Shown: positions 29,112 to 38,499 of the stretch, piece after piece
How the letters are laid out: each line of letters begins with the position of its first letter
How positions within the stretch are numbered: the stretch's first letter is position 1
Origin: an uncultured Eubacteriales bacterium
Lineage (GTDB): Bacteria > Bacillota > Clostridia > Monoglobales > CAYZNM01
Reading direction: 5' to 3'
Length of the DNA stretch: 64,000 bases
Assembly (NCBI GenBank): GCA_964479875.1
Contig: CAYZNM010000013.1
Location: 21,573-85,572 of the forward strand
Notes under the pieces: generated by a model
The model's input: only the letters and a program-made list of their open reading frames with translations
What the model was told of the DNA's origin: nothing
The model's database searches: none
Translations under genes and position numbers: made by a program

Positions 29112-29647
29112 TTTCCTTGTGCGATTTGAATCGCATTCGCTACGCCTTCGCGTACGGCGTTGGACGTAATTGTCGCGCCGGAGATTGCTTCGACTTCGGT
29201 CGCGGGGTTTGTTACGCCTTTCTTTATCACAAGGTCGCTACCCTTGCCTACGAATTGCGTGAGGAAGGATTCGTTTTCGGCGTTGGAGCCTAGACCTGGG
29301 GTTTCGCTCATTTCAAGTATGGTTAAGCCTACGACTTTGTAGTCGCCGTCTAGGCCTACCATCAGCACGACGTCGCCGCCGTAGCCTTTGCCTGCGGCTG
29401 TTACGGCGTAGTATTTGTCGCCGGAGTTGGTTGTGATAACGCGTACGCCTTGCTTATTTTCGTCTTGTTCAACCGAGAGAATTTCGCGTCCTGGGATTGG
29501 CACTACCTTTTCTACAGCTGCTTCCTCTGCTTTTAATTGGTTTTCGGCGATTTTATCTTTGGTCAGCATGTTTGTCAGCGACAACATGAGCGCGATAACT
29601 AAGCTAATCAAGCATAGCTTTAACGCGATAACAGCAAAATTACCCAT
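29108..29647 (-). CDS. rnfG: Rnf complex subunit G (FMN-binding).
   Basis: N-terminal TM and the FMN-attachment region 'AISGATITSNAV' (S/T-G-A-T flavinylation motif). Confidence 0.8.
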   Translation of the reverse strand: MGNFAVIALKLCLISLVIALMLSLTNMLTKDKIAENQLKAEEAAVEKVVPIPGREILSVEQDENKQGVRVITTNSGDKYYAVTAAGKGYGGDVVLMVGLDGDYKVVGLTILEMSETPGLGSNAENESFLTQFVGKGSDLVIKKGVTNPATEVEAISGATITSNAVREGVANAIQIAQGK

Positions 29648-30635
29648 TCGCAGTCACCGCCTTTTTGCCTTTTGTGCCGAAACGTCGCGGCTTGATGTAT
29701 TTGTCAATCAGCGGCGTTACAATATTCATCAGCAATATGGAATATGACACGCCCTCAGGATAACCGCCGAGTAGTCGTATGAACACAGTTATGCAGCCTG
29801 CGCCTATTCCGAAAATAATCATTCCTTTGCGCGTAACAGGCGTGGTCGTGTAGTCTGTAGCCATGAAAAATGCACCGAGGAATAAGCCGCCTGTGAGTGT
29901 ATGCTCAAGCCATTCGCCGGTGAAAAATCCATCCGCGCCGAATATGAAACCAAGCAACGCCACTGTGCCAATCATGGCTACAGGCGTATGTAATGTAATT
30001 ACTCGCCTAAACAACAGATATGCCGCGCCGATTAATATCGCGAGCTTGGACGTTTCGCCGATACAGCCGCCGATATTTCCGATGAATAAATCGAGATACT
30101 TAGGCATATCGCCCTCGGCTAAGCCTTTCATAATCGCAAGCGGAGTTGCTGATGAAACCGCATCGTTTACAAAAAGCGACAGCTTTGGGAAAGCAGCGAC
30201 GAATCCGCCTGTAACAAACGCAGGCCAGCAGGCTGTTAAAAACGCGCGCCCTGCCAACGCAGGATTCACGATGTTCTGCCCTAATCCGCCGAAGCACATC
30301 TTTACAATTACAATCATAAACAACGCGCCTACAACAGGCACCCATAACGGCACTGTCACAGGCAGGTTAAATGCAAGCAGCATTCCCGAAACGATCGCCG
30401 AGCCGTCCTTAACTGTAGTAGGCTGCTTTGTCGCAACGCACCATAGCATTTCAAACAAAACGCTCGCGGCAACTGTTACCGCTGTAACAACAGCAGCGCG
30501 GTACCCGAAAAAGTACACGCCCGCGACAAGCATGGGCAGCATTGCGATAACCACGTCAAACATGACAAAGCTTGTGTTGCTCCGCGCACGTATATGAGGT
30601 GGCTGTGATACTGTCAATAATTCGCTCATCTTCAT
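29640..30635 (-). CDS. rnfD: Rnf complex subunit D.
   Basis: Polytopic membrane protein with the 'FFMATDYTTTPVT' FMN-binding threonine motif of RnfD/NqrB. Confidence 0.85.
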   Translation of the reverse strand: MKMSELLTVSQPPHIRARSNTSFVMFDVVIAMLPMLVAGVYFFGYRAAVVTAVTVAASVLFEMLWCVATKQPTTVKDGSAIVSGMLLAFNLPVTVPLWVPVVGALFMIVIVKMCFGGLGQNIVNPALAGRAFLTACWPAFVTGGFVAAFPKLSLFVNDAVSSATPLAIMKGLAEGDMPKYLDLFIGNIGGCIGETSKLAILIGAAYLLFRRVITLHTPVAMIGTVALLGFIFGADGFFTGEWLEHTLTGGLFLGAFFMATDYTTTPVTRKGMIIFGIGAGCITVFIRLLGGYPEGVSYSILLMNIVTPLIDKYIKPRRFGTKGKKAVTANG

Positions 30636-30763
30636 TTTCCTTTTTAATATTTTTCATCTTGCATTATATCACGAAGATTGCGAAAATGCAATATTAATTT
30701 ATGGATTTTGCATGTTGCACAAATTAGAGCGTGTGCAGAGCGCGGAACGCATAAATGCGTTCC

Positions 30764-32065
30764 CTACAGTTTGAGGCTGAACCAAAATACGCTGCCTGCA
30801 CCTTCGCGCGATTTCACGCCGTAGCCGCCGTTGTGCAGCTCTATCACCTTTTTTACGATGGAGAGGCCTAAGCCTGTGCCTGTGATTGCGCGCTTGTGCT
30901 TTTTGTCAACCTTGTAGTATCTGTCCCATATATATGGAAGGTTTTCTGGGGCTATGCCCTCGCCGTTGTCGACTACTTCTATTTTTACTGAACCTAAGTC
31001 GATTGTTTGGATTACTGTGATGTGTTTGTCGTTCACTGAATAGTTGATTGCGTTTATTAGGAGGTTGTAGAAGGCTTGGGTGATTTTTACTTCGTCGGCG
31101 ATTATTGTTACGTCGCGGTCGTGGTCGAATGCGATTGTGTAGTTGTCTTTTTTTGCAAGCGCGGCTATTCGTTCGGTGGTGGCTTTTAGGGTTTGGGTTA
31201 GGTTGAAGGGGGCGGCGTTTAGCTGCTGTATGCCTGATTCGAGCTTGGATATGTCGAGTACGTCGTTGACTAGGGTGGACAGGCGTTTGGCTTCGTCCAT
31301 GATGATTTGGGTTTGTTCGGGTGAAATTTCGTCGGGGAAGTCGTGCATAACTTCGGCGTAGCTGTAGATTAGGCTTAGGGGGGTGCGCAGGTCGTGGGAG
31401 ATGTTTGCAAGTAGCTCGCGGCGTAGGCTTTCGGTTTTTGATAGCTCTGCTGCCGCGGTGTTTAGTGTGTCGGATAGCTCGCGTATTTCGAGAAAACCCC
31501 TGCCGCGGAAGTTTGCGTCATAGTTTCCTCTTGCAAGATTTTTTGCGGCTTTGTTGAGCGATTCTATCGGCGCGGAGATGTTGCGTGCGATGAGCAGCGC
31601 AAGCACTATCGACAGCAGCAGCACTGTGCCTGTGATGAAGAAAAGCTGATAGCGCAGCGTGTTGACAGTTGCGTCGAGGGGGGAGATTATCGCGTTGAAG
31701 GTGATGGATATATTTTTGCCGTTGGTTAGGGTGAAGGTGTGCGTTTGAGTTACTATTTCAAGCTTGCGCCTGTTTGGGTCGCGTTCGGGGCGCATGGGTT
31801 TGAATGTTTCGCCGTCTTCAAAGGTGATGAATATGTCGCTGCTTGCTGCGACTTCATTTAAAATGTAGGCTAAGTCGGCGGAGTTTATGTTTTGTTCGAC
31901 GTAGTTTATTACGCGCTGTAATTCCTGTTTACGAATGTATTTGTATGTGTCGCCTAGGAAAACTGTTTGCGCAAGCCAAAGCACTGCGAGCAGAAGTGCG
32001 CAGAACGCTAGGACATACGCGAATATTTTCCATTTTATGCGGAGGTTGTTTGTGTTGAGTTTCAT
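30764..32065 (-). CDS. Sensor histidine kinase (TM sensor - HisKA - HATPase_c).
   Basis: H-box 'LANISHDLRTPLS', N-box and G-boxes ('VVDNGEGI', 'GTGLGLSIV'). The ORF track starts at 32173; the Met at MKLNTNN directly precedes the TM helix and is the likelier start. No response regulator is adjacent. Confidence 0.8.
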   Translation of the reverse strand: MKLNTNNLRIKWKIFAYVLAFCALLLAVLWLAQTVFLGDTYKYIRKQELQRVINYVEQNINSADLAYILNEVAASSDIFITFEDGETFKPMRPERDPNRRKLEIVTQTHTFTLTNGKNISITFNAIISPLDATVNTLRYQLFFITGTVLLLSIVLALLIARNISAPIESLNKAAKNLARGNYDANFRGRGFLEIRELSDTLNTAAAELSKTESLRRELLANISHDLRTPLSLIYSYAEVMHDFPDEISPEQTQIIMDEAKRLSTLVNDVLDISKLESGIQQLNAAPFNLTQTLKATTERIAALAKKDNYTIAFDHDRDVTIIADEVKITQAFYNLLINAINYSVNDKHITVIQTIDLGSVKIEVVDNGEGIAPENLPYIWDRYYKVDKKHKRAITGTGLGLSIVKKVIELHNGGYGVKSREGAGSVFWFSLKL

Positions 32066-32301
32066 TCTGCACCTTGGGTTTTTGTTTATTTTATCATGGT
32101 GGTGTGATATTAATTTGTGCTTTATCTGAATTATAGGTGAAGATTGTGGTATAGTCAAATGCGTTTCAATCAATTATCACAGAAGTACGACGAACGCCGA
32201 TAGAATCAAGGAAACGCATTTGACTAGCAGTTCGTTTTAGAGTTATGTAACTATAGTTGAAATATTATGTATGATTTGGTATACTGCTTTAAAGGGGTGA
32301 T

Positions 32302-33324
32302 TTGATGAGAAAGGTAAAGCTTGGCAGCACGGGGATTATGGCGACGCATGTGTCGCTTGGATTGCTGCCGTTGCAGCGCGTCGATATGGACGAGGCCGCG
32401 CGTATACTTGAGCGTGCGTATGGGGCAGGGATTAACTTTTACGATACCGCGCGCGGATATTCCGATAGTGAGGAAAAGTTGGGGAACGCATTGTCGAGCG
32501 TGCGAGATAAAATTTACATCGCTACAAAGTCAGGCGCACAATCGGGCGAGGGCTTGCGCAGGGAATTGGAAACTAGCTTGTCCAATTTGAAGACGGATTA
32601 TGTTGATGTTTTGCAGCTGCACAATCCGGCGTTCTGCCCGATTCCGGGAGGTGTTGACGGGATATATGACGCGGCACTGCAAGCTAAAGCGGAAGGCTTA
32701 GTTCGACATATAGGAATAACCAATCACAGGAAGCATGTCGCGGACGAAGCGGTGGCAAGCGGATTGTACGAGCTGTTGCAATTTCCGCTGTCGTATTTGT
32801 CAAGCGAGAGCGAGCTTGAGCTTGCGCGGAATTGCGCTGCTGCGGATATGGGGTTTGTGGCGATGAAGCCGCTTGCAGGCGGCGTGCTTACAAATGCTAA
32901 GGCTGTGTATAGCTTTTTTGAAACCGTGCCGCATGTTGTGCCGATTTACGGCGTGCAGCGCATGGAGGAGCTTGAGGAGTTTTTGGGATTTGTCGACAAT
33001 CCTCCTGCGCTTGCGGAGGTGCGTGAGGTTATGGAGAAGGATATTGCAGAGCTTCGCGGAAGCTTTTGCCGCAACTGCGGCTATTGCTTGCCTTGCCCGG
33101 AGGGGATTCGCGTCGACCACGTGTGCCGCTCATACTATAACCTGCGCAGGCTGCCGCAGCAGAATCTGCTCACGCCTGAGTGGAGGCAGATGATGGAGGA
33201 TACAAAGAAGTGTAAAAAGTGCGGCGCGTGCAGTAAACGCTGCCCGTATGAGCTTGACCCTCCGTCGCGCTTTGAGTTTATGTACGACGATTATATGAAG
33301 CATTACGAAAAGACAGGGGGATAA
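32302..33324 (+). CDS. Aldo/keto reductase fused to a C-terminal Fe-S cluster-binding segment.
   Basis: AKR TIM-barrel blocks (YDTARGY, 'IGITNH'). C-terminal Cys cluster 'CRNCGYCLPCP ... CKKCGACSKRCP'. Confidence 0.7.
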   Translation: MMRKVKLGSTGIMATHVSLGLLPLQRVDMDEAARILERAYGAGINFYDTARGYSDSEEKLGNALSSVRDKIYIATKSGAQSGEGLRRELETSLSNLKTDYVDVLQLHNPAFCPIPGGVDGIYDAALQAKAEGLVRHIGITNHRKHVADEAVASGLYELLQFPLSYLSSESELELARNCAAADMGFVAMKPLAGGVLTNAKAVYSFFETVPHVVPIYGVQRMEELEEFLGFVDNPPALAEVREVMEKDIAELRGSFCRNCGYCLPCPEGIRVDHVCRSYYNLRRLPQQNLLTPEWRQMMEDTKKCKKCGACSKRCPYELDPPSRFEFMYDDYMKHYEKTGG

Positions 33325-33359
33325 TATAGACAGGCTTGCGCTGGCAAGCCTGTCGTTTT

Positions 33360-34898
33360 TTAGTATGGATTAGCCGCGTCCATGTCCCATGCGGTGATGT
33401 TCGCGATTGTGCTGTTTTCGGCGAAAATCGATATGCCGCAGCCTAGCTGCGTTGGGTATGCACGGCGGCAGATTGCTTGACGCTCGTTTGCGTATACTTC
33501 GATTACGGATTTGTCTATGAAAATATTTAGGGTAAGGGTTTCGTTCGGCGATAGCTCGAATGGGGCGGACTCTACGGCGGGGCGGCCTATGCTGCCGCAT
33601 TTGGTTGTGTCCATGGCGAGTTGCTTTGCCGTGGGGTCGTAGTAGACTTCGGCGTATTCGTCGCCGTCAGGAGATACGCGCAGACGTGCGCCAATTTTGC
33701 CCGATACGTTTTCGGCGGTGAGTGTAATTTCGCAGGATTCGCCGTTTGTGCCGCGCAAGCTATATCCGGCTTCATCTAGGGTAACTCTTCCTATGTTATT
33801 ATCGTTGTAGCGCAGGGTGCGCATTTCGTCGGCAGGAGCCATTCGCAGAGTATTTGTTGCGGCGTCAAGCCATAGCAGGCGCGGCATTCCGTATACTCCG
33901 CTCCAGCCGCGCTCGTCTTCGGCAGGGGGATTGTCTAGCAGCCATGCCCACATTATGTGCCTGTTGCTTGGGTCGAGGATTGCTTCGGGAGCGAAGTAGG
34001 TGTTGTCTGTCCATGTCATTCTGCCGTGAGTTTCGGGGGTGAAGATGTCGCGGGATTTGTCGTAGTCGCCGATGTAGTATTGGCAGCCTTTGTTGTGTGC
34101 TATGAAAAGTTGCAGGTATTTGTCGCTTAGTTTGCCGCCTTGCTTTGATAGCGGGAGGGGCAGGAAGCTGGGGCACATGTCGTCCTCGGATTCGTCCGTC
34201 CACTTATTGCTTGCGTCGCGCTCGTAGAATCGGTGCAGGAATTTCCAAGACTTTAGGTCGTCCGACTCGAACAGGTCTACCCAATCGCCGCGATATTTCG
34301 CAGGGGAATCCTCTTGCCGCCCGTATCTTTCAAGTGCAAGCAGGTTGCCTGCCTGCATGTAGTATTTGCCGTCCTTTTTCCAGATGTTGCTTGGGTCGGC
34401 ACAAGATATAGGCTCGCCGTCTGCCATTGCTGTGCCGTAGCCTTCGCACTTGATTGCGAACTCCGGCATTATTTCCCAATTCTCGTACATTGGGTCGCTG
34501 CTTTTGGCAATGCGGATTCCGCCGTCGCTGCTTTCGTCCGAGATGAAGTCCCAGAATGAGATGTATGCCGTGCCGTCGTCGTCAACGAATGCGCCGCCGC
34601 TGAAACAGCCGCGTGCGTTTTCACCCGGAGTGATACAATCAGGGTGATGTCGCCAATGCACTAAATCCGCCGACGAGATATGCCCCCAACAGAATCCGCG
34701 CTGCATGTGATTGTACAAATACATCAGGTGGTAGCGTCCGTTTGCGTAGAATCCGCCATTTGGGTCGCCGGGCATACCCATGCCTTCGGGTATCGCAAAG
34801 TGATACATCGGACGGTAGGGGTCTGCAAGCAGTTTTTCGCGGTAGTCCTTTACAGTTGCTGCAAGCTCGATTAACTTTTCCATTCTTCCTCCGTGCAT
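33360..34898 (-). CDS. GH32-family glycoside hydrolase (beta-fructofuranosidase/levanase-like).
   Basis: 'YHF...PGDPNG...GRYHLMYLY' (NDPNG block with the nucleophile Asp), 'WGHISSADLVHWRH' (GH32 WGHA.S.DLVHW block), 'FSGGAFVDD'. The WMNDPNG motif is divergent (MPGDPNG). Confidence 0.65.
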   Translation of the reverse strand: MHGGRMEKLIELAATVKDYREKLLADPYRPMYHFAIPEGMGMPGDPNGGFYANGRYHLMYLYNHMQRGFCWGHISSADLVHWRHHPDCITPGENARGCFSGGAFVDDDGTAYISFWDFISDESSDGGIRIAKSSDPMYENWEIMPEFAIKCEGYGTAMADGEPISCADPSNIWKKDGKYYMQAGNLLALERYGRQEDSPAKYRGDWVDLFESDDLKSWKFLHRFYERDASNKWTDESEDDMCPSFLPLPLSKQGGKLSDKYLQLFIAHNKGCQYYIGDYDKSRDIFTPETHGRMTWTDNTYFAPEAILDPSNRHIMWAWLLDNPPAEDERGWSGVYGMPRLLWLDAATNTLRMAPADEMRTLRYNDNNIGRVTLDEAGYSLRGTNGESCEITLTAENVSGKIGARLRVSPDGDEYAEVYYDPTAKQLAMDTTKCGSIGRPAVESAPFELSPNETLTLNIFIDKSVIEVYANERQAICRRAYPTQLGCGISIFAENSTIANITAWDMDAANPY

Positions 34899-34902
34899 AT
34901 AT

Positions 34903-36378
34903 TTATTCGGATGATTCGGATTTTTTCTCCCAGATTCGGCTTTCTTGCAGTATGTCGATGATGTCCTTGTCGAGTGCGCCTTCCTCCGACATTTTGTAGA
35001 GTATTGATAAGGCTTTTTCGGGCGGCATTGGTTGCTTGTAGGGTCTGTCGTCGGCTGTTAGGGCGTCGAATACGTCGATTACGGCGAGTAGGCGCATTTC
35101 TATGTCAAGGTCGCTTCCGCCGATTTTGTTGGGGTAGCCTTTGCCGTCTACGCGTTCGTGGTGGCTTTCTGCCCAGCGTGTCACCTTGGAGTAGTGCTTG
35201 CTGAATTTTATTTTGCGCAGGAGTTTGCCCGTGAGGATTACATGGCTTTCTATGACTTTGCGCTCTTCGGGGGTGAGTGTGCCGCGGACGATTAGTAGGT
35301 TGTATAGCTCATCTTGAGTGAGCCACGGCTTTTCGGTTGCGTCGGTGTCGATGTATTTCTTTTCGCCTAGTTGCTTTATGCGTTCAATTGTTTCGGGTGG
35401 ATTGAAGCCGGCGGAATTTGCCGTTTTGATTAGAGCGAGGGCTTCGGCGGCTTCGGCCACGATTGCGTCGCATTCGGCGGCGGATATTGCGCCTTCGTGC
35501 ATACGGAGTTTTGCGATGAGGGTTATTTTCTCGAACCTGTACTCAATGTCCTTTAGCTTGCTGTCAAGGCGCGTCGCCTTGTCCATGATTTCGAGGGGGG
35601 TTGCGATTTTGCCTGCGTCGTGCAGGTAGGCTGCCATGACAAGCTGCTCCATGTCGCTATCGGAAATAGGCGGGTCTTGGTCATTGTGTGCCGCGCGTTC
35701 GTTTATATCCTGCGCAAGCAGCTTGGTATATTTTGCGACATTGCGTGTGTGGTTCGCGTTATAAGGGGAACGTTCGTCGATTGCGGCAGCTAACAGCTCG
35801 ATTACCGAATTGAGCAAGTCTTTAATCTCGCGTGTGTACTCGAGGTTTGTTATTGCAATCGCAGCTTGTGAAGCCAGCGACTGTACGACTTTGTGCAGCT
35901 CCTTGTCGAACTCTATGACATTGCCGTCGCCGTCCTGCGCGTTCATTAATTGCAGCACTCCGTTAAGCTCGTCTTGATTATTTTGCAGCGGCACGACTAA
36001 CATCGAGGTCGTCTTATATCCAGTCATCGCGTCATACCTTCGCGGACCTGAAAAGTCGAACTCCTTACAGTTATACACATCGGCAATATTTACAAGATGG
36101 TTATGTATCGCAGTGTACGCACAAACATTCTCCTCCTTCAACTCAACAGGTGGCAATCCGATAGGCTCGCCAAGCCCGCCGAGGTATGTGTTCAGGGTGT
36201 TGTTGCGCATTATAACAAAATTCAACTTATCCCCGTCGTACATATACAGCGTACCTGCGTCGCAGCCTGTAATTGCCATAGCTGAGGATAGGATTAAGTC
36301 GAACAGCTTCTTATGGTCGCGCTGAGCGGCCATTTGAATGCCTATATCAATAATACTGTTTAAACCTGAATTTGTCAT
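34903..36378 (-). CDS. GAF domain-containing HD-GYP phosphodiesterase (cyclic-di-nucleotide signalling).
   Basis: N-terminal GAF-like region. HD motif 'AAYLHDAGKIATP' and 'HHERVDGKGYP' (HD-GYP signature), then 'IDVFDALTADDRPYK'. Unusually long insert between the HD and GYP segments. Confidence 0.75.
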   Translation of the reverse strand: MTNSGLNSIIDIGIQMAAQRDHKKLFDLILSSAMAITGCDAGTLYMYDGDKLNFVIMRNNTLNTYLGGLGEPIGLPPVELKEENVCAYTAIHNHLVNIADVYNCKEFDFSGPRRYDAMTGYKTTSMLVVPLQNNQDELNGVLQLMNAQDGDGNVIEFDKELHKVVQSLASQAAIAITNLEYTREIKDLLNSVIELLAAAIDERSPYNANHTRNVAKYTKLLAQDINERAAHNDQDPPISDSDMEQLVMAAYLHDAGKIATPLEIMDKATRLDSKLKDIEYRFEKITLIAKLRMHEGAISAAECDAIVAEAAEALALIKTANSAGFNPPETIERIKQLGEKKYIDTDATEKPWLTQDELYNLLIVRGTLTPEERKVIESHVILTGKLLRKIKFSKHYSKVTRWAESHHERVDGKGYPNKIGGSDLDIEMRLLAVIDVFDALTADDRPYKQPMPPEKALSILYKMSEEGALDKDIIDILQESRIWEKKSESSE

Positions 36379-37208
36379 AGTGTGAACTCTTCTCCTTCCC
36401 TACCAAGCGCAAATTTTATGGGTAGGTTTGATGTGGCTTTGTCTATGTCGTGTTGGCGATTGTCGAGTGCGTTGTCGTCGGCGTTTGGGTCGTGGTGGAT
36501 AAAAAGCATTTGTTTGACTGATGCGGCTTTTACAATTGAAACGCCGCACTCCCATGTGGAGTGTCCCCAGCCTTGCTTGCTGAATTTGCCGCCCCTGTTG
36601 AAGCTTGCCTCGTCATACGTTGCGTCGAACAGCATTAAGTCAGAGCCGCGCGCAAATTCCACAAGCGCGCTATCCGGCACTAATTCCGCCTCGTAGTCAA
36701 AGCAGCACACCACGCTTTTGCCAAAGCAGGAGAGCTTGTACAACGTGCATTCATTCGGGTGAATGCTGCGCATTGTCGACACAATCACATCACCAATGCA
36801 AAAGCTTTCGCCCACGACAATATCGCGGTACGCTATCTTCGCGCCGAAATGCTCAATCCCAATCGGAAAATACGGCGCGGACATAAGCCGCGACAGCTGC
36901 TCCCTTATGCTGAGTCCACCCCTACTCTCGCCGTAAATCGTCGCGGTGACGCTTGGATTAAACAGGTGCTGGCACAGCGTAGTGCCGTACACATGGTCGT
37001 AGTGCATATGCGTAAGCAGCAGGTGAAAGTCGCACGGCGCAGGCAAATACTGCCGCAGCCGCATAATGCCCGTGCCGCCGTCCACCACTATATTCTGCTC
37101 GCCTATCTGAATTAACACACAAGTTGTGTTGCCGCCGTATTTTATAAATTCAGAGCCGGACACAGGTATCGACCCGCGTACGCCCAGCAGTTTTACAGTG
37201 AATTCCAT
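36375..37208 (-). CDS. MBL-fold metallo-hydrolase.
   Basis: 'LLLTHMHYDHVYG' (HxHxDH) metal-binding motif. Overlaps the HD-GYP gene start by 4 nt. Confidence 0.7.
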   Translation of the reverse strand: MEFTVKLLGVRGSIPVSGSEFIKYGGNTTCVLIQIGEQNIVVDGGTGIMRLRQYLPAPCDFHLLLTHMHYDHVYGTTLCQHLFNPSVTATIYGESRGGLSIREQLSRLMSAPYFPIGIEHFGAKIAYRDIVVGESFCIGDVIVSTMRSIHPNECTLYKLSCFGKSVVCCFDYEAELVPDSALVEFARGSDLMLFDATYDEASFNRGGKFSKQGWGHSTWECGVSIVKAASVKQMLFIHHDPNADDNALDNRQHDIDKATSNLPIKFALGREGEEFTL

Positions 37209-37209
37209 A

Positions 37210-38481
37210 TCATTTTTTCCTGTCCGTTACCCAATTTTCCTTTACGGATTGCTTGTTGCGTGCAATTGCCAACGCTTCGGAAGGCACATCGTCTGTGATA
37301 GTGGAGCCTGCCGCAGTGAATGAGTTTTCGCCCACGACAACAGGTGCTACTAAGTTTGAATTGCTGCCTACGAATGCGCCGTCTTTTATTATAGTGCGGC
37401 TTTTAGCTATGCCGTTGTAGTTTGCCGTGATTGCTCCGCAGCCGAAGTTTACCTTTTTGCCCATGTCCGTGTCGCCTACATACGCAAGGTGCGGCACTTT
37501 ACTTCCGTCGCCGACTACAGAGTTTTTCACCTCAACAAAGTCGCCTATCTTCACGTTGTCGCCGATAACGCTTCCAGGACGAATGTACGCGAACGGGCCT
37601 ACGCTAACCTTGTTGCCGACCGTAGAGCTTAAGATTACGGCGTTGCTGATATGGCAATCCTCGCCGATAACCGAATCGGTTATCTCCACATTCGAGCCAA
37701 TCGTCGTACCCGAGCCTATCTTAACCGCGCCGCGCAAAATGCATCCTGGCAGCAGCGTCACGTCCTTGCCGAACGACACATTGCCCTCGATGAAAACCGA
37801 ATCTGGGTCATACATCGTAACTCCTGCTATCATGTGCAGGTTGTTAATGCGCTCACGCATAATCCTGCTAGCGTTCATCAAATCAAGCTTGGTGCGCACT
37901 TGAATAAGCTCACTCTCATCCGCAACAGAGTAATATCCTATTTTATTGCGCATCGTGCGCATAAGCTCAATGCACTCACTTAACATCAATTCACCCGCCG
38001 CATTATGCACAGACACGCAGCCTAAGCTTGCAAGCAGCGCAGGCACGCGGCATATTATCGCGCCGCGGAATGCTATGTCGCGGCGATTCGCATGTTCCGT
38101 TTTCGCCAAGATGGTGAGGTCATTGCCCTCCTGCATATGCTTCGCGTATGCGTTTTGTATAGTATCGGCGCGTACAAGCGGAATATTCGCGCTAAGGATA
38201 ATCACGTTGGACGCTCCGTCCATATGCGGCATACATAGTTGCACGGCGTGCGCTGTACCCAACTGCTTTTCCTGCACGACATAGTTGATTCCGCTGTGCG
38301 TACACTCGCGCATAGCGTCAATGTTGCCGCTGTTGCCTACGACAACAAGCCGACCTTGTATATTGTGCGCGGCGTTTACGACGTGCATAAACATAGGTGC
38401 GGTGCATATATTGTGCAGGGACGCACTGACCCTGCTGTTGAACCCAGTGGAGCTTCCTCCGGCTAATATGATTGTGAGCAT
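37210..38481 (-). CDS. GlmU-like bifunctional protein (sugar-1-phosphate nucleotidyltransferase fold plus left-handed beta-helix acetyltransferase) with a degenerate nucleotidyltransferase motif.
   Basis: N-terminal 'ILAGGSSTGFNSR' replaces the canonical L-A-G-G-x-G-T-R motif. C-terminal half is full of hexapeptide repeats. 423 aa. Confidence 0.55.
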   Translation of the reverse strand: MLTIILAGGSSTGFNSRVSASLHNICTAPMFMHVVNAAHNIQGRLVVVGNSGNIDAMRECTHSGINYVVQEKQLGTAHAVQLCMPHMDGASNVIILSANIPLVRADTIQNAYAKHMQEGNDLTILAKTEHANRRDIAFRGAIICRVPALLASLGCVSVHNAAGELMLSECIELMRTMRNKIGYYSVADESELIQVRTKLDLMNASRIMRERINNLHMIAGVTMYDPDSVFIEGNVSFGKDVTLLPGCILRGAVKIGSGTTIGSNVEITDSVIGEDCHISNAVILSSTVGNKVSVGPFAYIRPGSVIGDNVKIGDFVEVKNSVVGDGSKVPHLAYVGDTDMGKKVNFGCGAITANYNGIAKSRTIIKDGAFVGSNSNLVAPVVVGENSFTAAGSTITDDVPSEALAIARNKQSVKENWVTDRKK

Positions 38482-38499
38482 AAATTGCTACCTCCCATT

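Noticed and set aside
30636-30763. Possibility that rnfC is present but missed upstream of rnfD.
   Set aside because: Only 128 nt separate rnfD from the histidine-kinase stop. No frame there can encode a ~440-aa RnfC.
33360-34898. Assignment of this hydrolase to GH43 or GH130 instead of GH32.
   Set aside because: The WGH[AI].S.DLVHW and DPNG...YHL[FM]Y blocks are diagnostic of GH32/GH68 (clan GH-J). GH43 and GH130 lack them.
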